Assembly (NCBI RefSeq): GCF_037042905.1
Contig: NC_087251.1
Location: 12,340,001-12,404,000 of the forward strand
DNA length: 64,000 nucleotides
Direction of reading: 5' to 3'
Source: Lytechinus pictus
Lineage: Eukaryota
The notes beneath the pieces were generated by a model that saw only the letters and a program-made list of their open reading frames with translations, was not told the DNA's origin and did no database searches. Made by a program: the position numbers and the translations under genes. Below are positions 52,326-64,000 of this stretch, in pieces (within the stretch, counting starts at the first letter, position 1; each line of letters begins with the position of its first letter).

Positions 52326-55253
52326 TTAACGTCGTCTCGTGCGAAACCAGATAAATGCTCCCACGGCAACGACTGCTCCTATGACAATTAACCATTGTAC
52401 ACCGGCTCCTTCTCCAGATTTTGCAGCTTTGGCTTTGGCTTCTTCCACTTTTTTCTGCCAAGAGAGATTAACAAAGAAGTGTCTTCAATATACATGTATG
52501 GCTGGGCCAGCAACACAAGTACACAACTATTCATGCAGACATCTATTCACTATCATATCCTATTTTTATCCACAGGTCTATGTACATGCAAAGAAATTTT
52601 TTTTAAATAATAAGTCTAGATGAGTGCTACGTTGGTAAATTTTATTACTATGCATTATGCTACCAAAAATTGTTCTGATATTTACATACAATTTTTTTTC
52701 ACTTTATAAATAATAACGTAAATTATGCAAATGAGATTGGGATAGTTAATTTTAATCTCAGTTGCCAATTTGTTGCCATATATTTGCGCTTATTATTATC
52801 ATTAATAATAATAATAGTAATAATAATAATTGGTGTTGCATGCCTTTTGAAACATCAATAATATTCATTGTTTGAGTAGCAAAAGGACAAAGTGCAAAGC
52901 CCGTACGACAAAAGTAAAATCAGAGAAGCCTCATTTGGTAAGCTTTAATAATTTCTATTATCAATTATTGAAAATTGACTATGATTTTTAAAACATGAAT
53001 GGCAAATAAGATAAGAGTGACTGATGATATTCCATTTTATAAATGTATTAATCTAATCTTTCTGTGTGTTAATGACTGGCATATAACCAATTATAATGAC
53101 AAAATGATATCTGCTACCACTACTGCTACTCCGAATGTAAGCTGCTAACTGCTTTCTGCTGTCTAATGAGCTAATAAAGTTCAGTGTTAGTAAAAGAATA
53201 AATAAAGCTGAATATTGTCATCTACATGCACATGACTATTAGTTGATCATTTTGGAAACTCCTCTTACTAGAGGCAGCCACACTTATAATTTGATCTTCT
53301 ATTTTGTCAATATGTTCATGATAACCAGATTAAAATCTTGGCAATAGTGAGGGAATAGGTCTTTATTTTAATGATAAGAGTTCGACTATCTATTGTTTTT
53401 AGATTATTTGTCAAGATGGAACTAGTCATCACAAACTTTACACAAGATAGGACAAGCTGTTTTCAAATTGATATGTTCAGATTGAATCTGCAGCCATGTA
53501 ATATTTGACAAAATTATAATTGAAAGACATCTTGGTAATATATCAATTAATGAACATACAGGTAAGCCAAAGAGAGGTCAGTTCCATTACTCAATTCTTT
53601 TGCCAATGTATGGCATCATAATTGAACTTTACTGATATCAAGACTTACCCTAAGAGCTGCTTCCGCATTGTGTTGAACAAAAAGTTTGACTGTTTCACCA
53701 GCACTAACAAATAAATCTACTGCTCTCTTATGAGGTACACATCGGACATTTTCACCATTAATCTGCAGAAAAACAGTTGGGAAATTAGTGATTCGATACC
53801 TAATATATAATAATATAGCTTGTTACATGTCAGGAGCTCAAGGCGCTCCTACATGTATTACATCCTGCCAGTACTTATTTACCTCACCTGGGTTGAGTGC
53901 AGCACATTGTGGATTGATATCTCACTGAAGGAAATTATGCCACGGCTGGGATTCAAACCCACAACCCTGTTTCAAAGTCTTAAGTCCAATCCACTGGGCC
54001 ACAACGCACAAAAATACAGACAGGGGTTATTGGTGTATGGCTATTTTTTTTTTTTTTTGCATGGGTCAGTGTAAGAAACCACTTGGTATTCTCCAAGACT
54101 TCAAGTAACTTTTCAGTAAAAAGCCACATGATTTCAAATTACACAACCATGATTACACATTTTATAATCACAATTACATGTACTTTCTAGTTTCTACCCA
54201 GTAATATGGGAACTCTCACCAGCAACTCCTAAATATAAGTAAAGCAGTGTATACATGACGTACATGTAGCATATCTGGAAATCTCTTCCCCCCCCCCCCA
54301 ACACAACCCATTCTGCTCAAAGAAATATATCTTCATGAAATTTTTTTTAATTCACCATTTGTTGTGTAATTTTCATTTCAACTGACAGATAAATAATCCT
54401 AATCACCAACTGACTGCCAAATTGCATCTTTGATAATGGAAATATTTACAATGTATTACGTTATTCATTAATAAGGAAGTGTTGTTTGATCATTTCCATA
54501 ATCATATGAAAACAGTTCATTACAATACAAATTAAATACATGCAATAATATACATTCATAAAAGTAAAATATAAACAGTTTACAGAATGCCTTTCAATGA
54601 AAACAAGAAAGGGTATTACATGCTAAATTATTTGAAAATGAAAAAAAAAGGGAAACTAAATAAGGGCAAGCCATGTGGCCCTGTAAAATAAGTTCCCTTA
54701 TATCTATATCTAATACAATAAAATATATTATGTGTTACTGAAAGACATGTTTAATTAAGTAAATAACTGTCAACTGCTAAAAAATATACATAATTAGAAA
54801 TTCGACTTCAGTATGAAGGGGGCACTATGTCTGCGCACCTAACACTTCAACTTAAAATTAAACTTGAATAGCATTTAAATTCCACCCAAAAAAAATCAGT
54901 TGATATAATATACCTTATATTCTTATGAGCAAGTGTGCAAAAAATTTCATAAAAATCAGAGAGAAATATATGATTTCTTACCATGCCTTACCATACTTCA
55001 TGTTTTTTTTCTGCTACCTCCATTTGTTGAATTTAAAAAAAGGGCAAGAATATTGGCAGAACACGGTATCCACAAAGTAATCTCGGGGCAACCTAAATCA
55101 CACAACAGTAGTTTACCTCTAAAATCTTATCTCCTTTCTGAAGTCTTCCATCTTTAGCAGCCGCCCCTTCTTCTCTGATCTTAGTTACAAAGATCCCTGT
55201 ATCACCAGCAACCAAGGGTTGATCCTCCCCTCCTTTGATGTTGAATCCGAGTC
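52326..55253 (-). CDS. SYNJ2BP: Synaptojanin-2-binding protein / OMP25-like (PDZ plus tail anchor), 5'-incomplete; exons 55253-55117, 53762-53649, 52454-52326
   Basis: Spliced translation [46 protein letters not shown] / [38 protein letters not shown] / [42 protein letters not shown]. This is a PDZ domain with GLGF loop, then a short TM and basic tail typical of outer-mitochondrial tail anchors. GT-AG sites are in phase. First coding exon not located. Confidence 0.9.
53800..54007 (-). mobile_element. tRNA-derived SINE, degenerate (copy A about 30610-30821)
   Basis: B-box-like GGGTTTGAATCCC on - (53948-53960), followed by a GCACTCAACCCAGGTGAGGTAAAT core. Confidence 0.65.
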
Positions 55254-55375
55254 CTTGAAGAAATAACAGGAAATATTTCATTAAAAAATTCTGGGTTTAC
55301 CTGCTAGATGGTGGGAAGGCTATCATAACTGTTCTTTGAAAGATTGCTTTAAATTCACATTAATGATAAGGTGAT

Positions 55376-56372
55376 ACAAGGCAAAAGCGATTTTGTGTCT
55401 CGCCCACTTATGAAAATAACCAGAAATATTGTGATTTGCGAGGGCACGCAACAGAATTGTATCGAAACTTCTTTGTGAAATTACTGGGATGGAATAACAC
55501 TTGTCATAAGAGCCTTGCACGTAAACTTTAATGTTGACCTGATAAAGACCTTTGACCTTACCATGTGACCTCCGACTGCAGCATAACATGCAGGTTGCCT
55601 AAGACCTAAGTACATCTACCATCCAAGTTTTGTTGAAAAGTGACTTACGGTTGCGGAGTTAGGTGTCATAAGAGAGTCTTGCATGTAAACTTTAACGTTG
55701 ACCTGAAAATGACTTTTGACCTACCATGTGACCTCCGACTGCAGCATAACATGCAGGTGCCCCAAGTCTATCTACCATCCAAGTTTGGTTGAAAAGTGAC
55801 TTACAGTTGCGGAGTTAGGTGCCATAAGAGAGTCTTGCATGTAAACTTTTAACATTGACCTGAAAATGACATTTGACCTTACCATGTGACCTCTGACTGC
55901 AGCATAACATGCAGGTCCCCCAAGTCCATCTACCATCCAAGTTTGGTTGAAAAGTGACTTACGGTTGCGGAGTTAGGTGTCATAAGAGAGTCTTGCATGT
56001 AAACTTTAACGTTGACCTGAAAATGACCTTTGAACTTACCATGTGACCTCCGACTGCAGCATAACATGCAGGTCTCCAAAGTCCACCTACCATTTAAGTT
56101 TGGTTGAAAAGCGACTTACGGTTGCGGAGTTAGGTGTTATAAGAGAGTCTTGCATGTAAACTTTAACGTTGACCTGAAAATGACCTTTGACCTTACCATG
56201 TGACCTCCGACTGCAGCATAAGATGCAGGTCCCCCAAGTCCATCTACAATCCAAGTTTGGTTGAAAAGCGAAATACAGTTGAGGAGTTATGTGTCATTAG
56301 GTTTGTGACGGACTTGCGACAGACGTCATTTGGATCCCTAAGTCTCGCCTTCACCTCTGGTGGGCGAGACAA
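55376..56372 (-). mobile_element. Helentron/DINE-1-like element, family 1, apparently complete
   Basis: Perfect 12-bp subterminal IRs TGTCTCGCCCAC (55396-55407) / GTGGGCGAGACA (56360-56371). Terminal hairpin CAAAA-GCGA-TTTTG. About 5 central repeats of about 157 bp (GTAAACTTT at 55521, 55685, 55841, 55999, 56156). Ends in an A-run. Confidence 0.8.
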
Positions 56373-56879
56373 AAATGTTATAGTAGTGTTACTATTACTT
56401 TTGATGGAGATGCAAAACCTTGAAAAGAATGCAAATACTGGGCAAGTTCCGTATGTAACCCCAGCTAAAATTGAAAAAAATATATATATGGAGGATTAAA
56501 ATAATATATCTAGCCCTATTCTAAAACATTTAGGATGGAAATGTGGAATGCATACCAAAATGTACATTTTTTGTGCAGGACCAAGCATGCAATTGTCCAC
56601 AGACATCAAGTTGAACTACATGTACTGTCTGCTATCAGCATTCTCTCGTTAGCATACACATGTAGCTTATAGTGGTCAGAGATCTTGACTCCAGTTCCAT
56701 CAAGGTGAGTTCATATCTCAGAAAAAAAAGGTTTCGAGAGTAAAACCGAAAGCGAGTACACCGGAAGTTTTAATATTCTTTTGTTTTGGGGGCAGGGAGT
56801 AGATATGGAACTCTTTCCAAGATCTTAGCACCGACTGTATATTGAATTTATCACCTGATTTTTAGTTGCACCTTACATA

Positions 56880-58082
56880 AACAAGTGGAACGCCTCTGGC
56901 AGTCTCACCTGCATTACGCAATTCGATGTAGCAGCAGTGCTTCCTTCGAAAACAGCTAATGAATAATTAACAGAAGAAACCACTAATATGATAATAAAAT
57001 ATTATGTCCATTGACCCAAATGACCTTTGACTATGATCATGTGACCTAAGACATGTGCAGAACAACCATTCATACTTGATTACCCTTACATGTATGTCGA
57101 TGTTTCATGAGCTAGATCCATAAACTTCCCAAGTTATTAAGCCAATTAAACACATACTCCCAACACGGCCAGAGTTCATTGACCTTTAAATGAAATTTGA
57201 TTTTGGCCATGTTCCTGACATGCACAAAGGGTATTCAGGGATACATTGCTGCTCAAGTTTCATGAACTAGATCCATAGACTTTTAAAGTTATGACAATTC
57301 CACAAATGCCCCTAACATTACCAAAGTTTGTTGACCCTAAATAACCTTTGACCTTGGTCATGTGACCTGTAACACACGATTTTCAAGGATACGTAATTGC
57401 TCTTATGTCCAAGTTTCATGAACTAGATCCATAAAATTTCAAAGTTATGATGACAATTCCTCAAATACCCCCAATATGGCCAAAGTTCGTTGACCCTAAG
57501 ACTAAGTGACCTTTGACCTTGATCATGTGACCTGCGACTCGCATATGATATCAAGGGATACTGTACATGGTTGCTCTTATGTCCAAGTTTCATGAACTAG
57601 ATCCATAAAATTTCAAAGTTATGATGACAATTCCTCCAATAACCCCAACATGTCCATAGTTCGTTGACCCTAAGTGACCTTTGACCTTAATCATGTGACC
57701 TGAAACTCGGGCAGTATTTTCAGTGATAAGAATTTACCATTATGTGTAAGTTTTATGAACTAGGTCCACATAGTTTTGAAGTTATGACAACATTCAAAAA
57801 CTTAACCTTGGTTAAGATTTCGATATTGATTCCCCTAACATGGTCTATGTTCATTGACCCTAAATGACCTTTGACCTTGGTCATGTGACCTGAAACTCAG
57901 TCAGGATGTTCAGTAATATTTGATTACCCTTATGTTCAAGTTTCATGAACTAGGTCTATATACTTTCTAAGTTATGATGACATTTCAAAAACTTAACCTT
58001 GGTTAAGATTTCAATGTTGATGACGCCGTCGCCGCCGTCAGAAAAGCGGCGCCTGTGTCGTTCTGCTATGCAGGCGAGACAA
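56880..58082 (-). mobile_element. Helentron/DINE-1-like element, family 2, second copy
   Basis: Same termini as 45905-46879 (AACAAGTGGAACGCCTCTGGCAGTCTC ... CTGCTATGCAGGCGAGACAAAA), with more central repeats. Confidence 0.8.
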
Positions 58083-58668
58083 AAACAGACCAACAGCCAC
58101 TTTGGCTTTGGTTGACATCATTGTTCAAACACATTAAAAAAATGACAAATTAAAGTTTTAAATGTTTAAAATGGACATAAATGATATAATTTCCATTTAT
58201 ATGAAATTATTCAATCACCTAATTTCATCTGAAAAATGAATTCATAAATGATTAAATTTTGGTATCAAATTCATTGTATAGGCAATGAAGAAAAATGTAG
58301 GCCGATAAATATCATGAATCTTACCTTAAATTTTAGGGTAAGATTCATGATATTTATTGGCCGATGCAGTAAGATTCATAATATTTATCGGCCAATGCAA
58401 GTATTTTTTTATCTAAGTTCTTGATATTGTCACCCTGTATACGCGTCTTGTAGCTAGGCTACGATAATATGAGGCGCCGAATGTACCAATATTATATAGA
58501 ACAATTATTTGTTATATAATCATTATTTATTAAATAATAACTATTATTTATATATAATTTACATTTTATTTGTAAATAACTACTATTATATAAAATATCA
58601 TTTCTAATTATTTATATATAATTCCAAGTAATACTTCATTATTTGTAAATAATAATAGTTCGACATTC

Positions 58669-58882
58669 CATTATTTATAAATAATGATTATTTGTTTTTC
58701 ATTATTTATAAATAATGATTATTTGTTTTTCATTATTTATAAATAATGATTATTTGTTTTTCATTATTTATAAATAATGATTATTTGTTTTTCATTATTT
58801 ATAAATAATGATTATTTGTTTTTCATTATTTATAAATAATGATTATTTGTTTTTCATTATTTACAAATAATGATTATTTGTT
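58669..58882. repeat. 31-bp AT-rich minisatellite (about 7 copies), each unit containing a 20-bp palindrome
   Basis: Unit ATAATGATTATTTGTTTTTCATTATTTATAA; palindrome TCATTATTTATAAATAATGA. Confidence 0.92.
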
Positions 58883-59669
58883 AAATAATGAAATATCTAC
58901 TTCATTATTTATAAATAATAATTTTGTTTCAATATCCCATTATTTATAAATAATCATTATTTATAAACAATTTTTACAGTTTGCCATTATATACAAATAA
59001 TCATTATTTATATACAAATAACCATTATTTATTAAATAATGCCATTATTTATTAAATAATGCCATTATTTATTAAATAATGGAAAACTCGCTATAACATG
59101 CAAATGTGGGACCGCCCATGATATGAATATTCATGATGCGATTTCCTTTTTCGTGATTTTTCTTCACAAATTTTTGTCCATTTCCTCTTCATAATGACAT
59201 TTCTTGAAGCAATTTTCTAGGGATATGGTCTGATTGTAATATTGGAGTACCTTTAGAATCCAATGTCATGAATCGATTACAAAAGAGCAATTACCTACTA
59301 ATTGCTGCTGCCGGTGTGGTGCGATATCAGTTTTGTCGCCCTCTACGTTCGTGAGTGAATTAAGAGTCCCCGGCGACAAGCAGGAATCGGATCGGGAGAT
59401 GGATAAAGGATGGGGGGAGGGGGCAGATGGGGGAGGGGGGATGGCCCCGTAGAGGGAGTACACGACTTGTCCAATGTGGTGGATGTAGTAGGAGAGAGTG
59501 AAGTAATGGCAGGTGATATAATAATCAGAGGACTTAAAAAGGGATGATATATATGAAGGGATCAAAGAGGGGGCGCGTGATCGAGGACACGTGCAATGGT
59601 ATATAATTATGTTGATGATGTTGTTTAAGGAATGATATACGTTGATATCTATATATGGATACAGAATAC

Positions 59670-60150
59670 TTGGATACTATTATATTAAAACATGTATGGA
59701 TATGAATACATGGATACGTGGATACTTGGATACTATTGGATACTTGGATACTTGGATACGTGGATACGCGGATACGTGGATACTTGGATACTATTGGATA
59801 CTTGGATACTTGGATACGTGGATACGTGGATACTTGGATACTGTTGGATACTTGGATACTTGGATACGTGGATACGCGGATACGTGGATACGTGGATACT
59901 TGGATATTGGATACTTGGATACTTGGATACTTGGATACTTGGATACGTGGATACGTGGATACGCGGATACGTGGATACGTGGATACGCGGATACTATTGG
60001 ATACTTGGATACTTGGAGACTTGGATACTTGGATACGTGGATACGCGGATACGTGGATACGGGGATCTTAGATACCTTTGGTTACATGGATACTTGGATA
60101 CGCGGCTACGGGCACATGCCTACATGAAAACTTAGATACATAGATACTTG
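59670..60150. repeat. GGATAC-core 8-bp minisatellite
   Basis: Interspersed GGATACTT, GGATACGT, GGATACGC and GGATACTATT units. Confidence 0.95.
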
Positions 60151-62365
60151 GATAAGAACATCAAGGAGTTTTTGATACTCTGGAACATGGAAAACACATG
60201 AAGAAGTGCATGATACTAAGTGTACTTTTAGAACGAAGCATCACAGACCCTAATTACCTTATTTTCAGATAATTGACATCGTCACTTTTAATCTGTATTT
60301 TTCTTGAGAGAAAAGATAGAAAAGGCTACTTTCATCAGTGAATCGTTAAAAATTGGCTGCTCTCTTTATAATTATAACGAGACATATATCAATTCCCTAA
60401 GCCCATATGATTACAATTTGACCAATTAATCTTAATCCTTTTTAGGATTAATTTTATTTAATTAAGTTGATTTCAGTAAACAAAATATAAATAAACTATT
60501 TGGATTATTATAGATTTTTCAGTCAACATAAAAGAAGGCTAATATAATAACATGTACGAATATGCAGCTTAAAGGTCAAGTCTACCCAAAAAGTTATTGA
60601 TTTGAATCAATAGAGAAATAAGAAACAAGCCAATTTCATCAAAACGTATGTAAAATAAGAAAGTTATGACATTTGGAAGTTTTTCGCTTATATTTCGCAA
60701 AACAATTACAATCATGTACAACTCAGTGATAAGTAATAAGACACGAGCAACAGAGAACAACAAAATAGTTAAGTAAGGGGATAATAAGAACGATATACGT
60801 TTTGGTTATATTAAAATGACCAATCAATTTCAAAACATTGGTTACAATTCGACAATTAATTTCACTCACTCCTGTTGGTAATTGCAACGAGACACATCAT
60901 AGGGCCAATATCACAATCCTTTTTTTAAACAAATTAATTTCATTCCTATGTCTTGTTATGTGAATGTCTCGTTCTGATTATAAATTATCTCATATGACTC
61001 GTTCTATTTATAATTATTGGCATATAATTTACTTCTTTTCAAAAATTATAGAAAGAGTGAACTTGATGAAGAGAAATAGAAGAGGAATTACAGAAGGGGG
61101 AAAATAGGATAAAAGGAGAAGACGGAGGAGGAGAATGAAGAAAAATAGGAATATGAAGTAAGGGAGTGCAATACAAAGTTTTGTGAATGATATATTGCAT
61201 TATTGGCATATAATTTACTTCTTTTCAAAAATTATCTTCCTACTTATACATCCAGAAGACTATCAAGAGAGCATGGAGAACTGCAATTGTAACAGAACAT
61301 CGGCATGCAATGACGCCTATGATATAATATCTCGTTTTAAGCATGAATTGGATTAAACTTTAATTGGTGGGTTGTAATGTGAATGTCTCGTTCTGATTAT
61401 AAATACGGATAAGTATTAGTCCTATATGATTCGTTCTATATCTTAATTTTTATCAAAAATGATTTTTTTTTTAAATAAATATTTTATGAATTTAGACCTA
61501 GTTAAAAATTGAATAAGTTGACCGGTTTATGAAAAGACATGACTTTCTTAGCGTTTTTTGAAATGGTGAACAGGAATGTTATATCTGACTAAACAATATT
61601 ACTGATTCGAGTGCGAAGCGCGATTTAAAATATGTTATAGGGCCTATTGCGATCGGAAACTTCATATTTTAAGTACGTTTTGTACATAAATTTAGACCTA
61701 AAAACGGACATTCCTTGCTTTTTTTTGGGGGGGGTCTTGTTGTATGCATTAAAAATTCTTTAGTAATTTACGTTAAATAATGTGTTTAATTGCCAATATT
61801 TATTATCATCTACGATTATGCTGTAACGAAAAATGCATACACGACATACCTACAGTTACAACATCACCTTATTAATAAACTGGTAATTAGATACTGTCTT
61901 GCTCGAATGCAGTATACTGAAAATTTATCAAAATCGAATATAAAATAAGAAAGTTATGACATTTAAAGATACGCTTATTTTCAACAATTGGAAATTTTGA
62001 AATATGACGTGCTTGCACAACACATGTAATTCGATTTAATTATGTTAAAAAATGTCACTTCAGAATTCCTTCAGTTCATTGATAAAGAACCACCTGTGAA
62101 TGCCTTTGAGACTATAGGGATACCGTGTAAGATTAATACCCCAAATTCTTGAAAGGAGGGATTAAGATTTAATAGTGATTACGTAATCTATTGAAGTTAA
62201 TGACCGGCATGAACGTGAGACCGGCATGAGACGAGGAAAGAAAGATGAAATAAAAAAAGAGAAAAAAATGTGAAAAAGGAATATAAGAAAAAACAGAAAT
62301 TCAAGTTTATATTCCTAATGCATTTTAAGCACTTTGTTTGATCGTGAATGATATTTTATTAATAA

Positions 62366-62720
62366 GAAATAATAATAAATGATAGCATGTTTATAAATAT
62401 CGCATTTCTCAGAACGGCTCAAAACGATTTACAGCATATTATTGTCCCATGATTCATTTCAATCCCGCATGAAAAGTGCACAATTTCCACATCTTGGGAA
62501 GCATTCCTTGCATTCATCGCAGCCTCGAAATGGCGCTTGCAAATTCAAGCATCCAATAACTTTCGCATCCAACCGGGTACCCATTTAGCACCTGGGTCGA
62601 GAGTGGCAAGGTGTGCCGGCAATACGTCTTACCAAAGGACGGTATATAGACCGCGGTGAGAATCGAACACACGACTCTCCGTTTACAAGGCGGGAGTCAG
62701 AACCACTATACGCCACGACT
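62366..62720 (-). mobile_element. tRNA-derived SINE, near full length
   Basis: On -: A box TGGCGTATAGTGG (62715-62703), B box GTTCGATTC (62668-62660), core CCACTCTCGACCCAGGTGCTAAATGGGTACCC, and a (TTA)n tail near 62366-62380. Confidence 0.8.
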
Positions 62721-63277
62721 CTTAAAAAAAGGCCTTCCTGAAAAAGTCGTGCACAGAACATGTTTCTCATAAACATAAAATATGAGCGCGAACTTCTTTC
62801 AAACATCAAGGACGAAAAGACCTAAGTATTTTTCGTAAAAATGAATAGCGTGCACAATCTTCTTAATTAAAGTATTAAAAGCATGAAGAGCGAAATGAAC
62901 CAATAATTTTAACAAATTGACCTAGCTGAAACACTGATATCTTCCCGTCTGTAAATTTCTTCACTCTTTTTCTTCTTTTCCACTCTTCTTTGCATTTATT
63001 CCATTTTTCCTTTTTACGCAGCCAATAGGGCGTAGAGATCGCATTCGGCCTCCTGGAATTGCCCATTTACATTTTCTTTTTTAGTCTATATTTTAATTGG
63101 TACAAGAGGAGGCAAAGGCGATTAGACACTGGATTCACAAGTTCGTCCAAAAATTAAAACTGATATTTCTAATCTTACACATTTACAATCTTGGCCAATT
63201 ATTTTCTGTTCATTATCGCGATTTTTTTTCCTACTTGATTCTATTTCACCTCATTTCATTCATCTCCTTTGTTTATC

Positions 63278-63386
63278 CAGGGGCCGCGGAACGGTTTTCA
63301 AAGTGGGGGGGGGGGCTGAGCCAAAAGTGGGGGGGGGGGGCTGAAGCCCCCCAGCCCCCCCCCCCCCCCCGGTTCCGCGGCCCCTG
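63278..63386. mobile_element. 109-bp miniature TIR element
   Basis: Perfect 15-bp TIR CAGGGGCCGCGGAAC / GTTCCGCGGCCCCTG with G/C runs inside. No TSD recognised. Confidence 0.65.
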
Positions 63387-64000
63387 TAATTCCTATTTCT
63401 TTTGTGCTGTTTGTATATCTCTTTAATACTGGGAGGGATAAGCCAGCAGCAGGGAGAGGAGGGCCGTATTAGCACGACATTCCCCCTTTGTTTTTCTTTT
63501 CCACCATATCATTATTTAAGTTTCCCTTTCCATTTTACTTATATTTCTTCTGTTTGTACTTTTTTTAAAGGGGTAAGCAAGACCACCTCGCCCCTTGGTC
63601 TGCATGTGCCTGTCGAATGCAATTTGCATCCTAACTTCCCGTTTTCTTCCTCTTTTGTAATATATGTATTAATTTGTGGAAAAAACTATTAGAAAGTAAT
63701 GTTATAAAGGGAGCCTCGACTTTGCTATTAACATATGCAGTCTTTTTAAAGTTACCTTAGATCCGAGATAATTTATTGTCATGTATAAAATGCACAAAAT
63801 CTGCTTTCAAAAAGTGAATACTATTACACCGACAAACACAATTGTTTTTAGCCTACATATTTCAACAATCAAATAATGTGAGCGCAAAGCGCGAGCTGAA
63901 TATTTCTTACATTCCCAGCTATATACAGGGCATTCTAAGCACCTTTTAAAATCACGAACAGGATAGGGGTATGACTATACACTTGATGTGATCGCGAAGC

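Larger units (their letters stand above)
31910..55099 (+). repeat. Tandem segmental duplication, copy B (about 23.2 kb)
   Basis: The junction CAACCTAAA-TC-TGGAAAATCC joins sequence matching 55089-55099 to sequence matching 7207 onward. Confidence 0.97.

Noticed and set aside
58669..58882. Palindromic 31-bp repeats as a CRISPR array
   Set aside because: The units are contiguous with no unique spacers, there are no cas genes, and the context is eukaryotic.
59250..59268. ATG ACA TTG GAT TCT AAA G|GTACTC on - as SYNJ2BP coding exon 1
   Set aside because: Phase-compatible, but the donor is weak and it would omit the first PDZ strand. Other donors checked (near 55300, 56555, 60257, 63755) had stops, no start codon or the wrong phase. 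Exon 1 may lie beyond the window.
59642..60135. 117-161 aa DTWIRGY-repeat ORFs as a protein
   Set aside because: All three + frames are open simply because the 8-bp unit has no stop codon; no splice or homology support.
62650..62720. tRNA gene
   Set aside because: The A/B boxes run into a SINE core and tail seen elsewhere in the window; no convincing cloverleaf.

Overview
AT-rich, intron- and repeat-rich animal genomic DNA. The repeat content resembles sea urchin/echinoderm, which is an inference. It holds two convergent protein-coding genes, reconstructed by hand from GT-AG exons. (1) An intact 12-exon, 536-aa scavenger receptor class B (CD36/SCARB1/SCARB2 family) gene on + (1605-21715). 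(2) A SYNJ2BP/OMP25-like gene (PDZ domain plus C-terminal tail anchor) on - (exons at 55253-55117, 53762-53649 and 52454-52326; its first coding exon was not found). A head-to-tail duplication of about 24 kb (copy A 7207-31911, copy B 31910-55099, 2-bp TC microhomology at the junction) copied the 3' parts of both genes. Each promoterless orphan half has decayed reciprocally. The receptor copy in B has lost the exon-5 acceptor and gained a stop codon. The SYNJ2BP copy in A has lost its last-exon acceptor and most of its transmembrane anchor. Four transposon segments are present in only one copy, so the other copy gives the empty site. The rest is LINE/SINE fragments, MITEs, Helentron-like elements carrying DR1 motifs, and palindromic or minisatellite arrays at 58-60 kb. 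No prokaryotic system, CRISPR array or true RNA gene was seen. Most ORFs in the supplied track are spurious.
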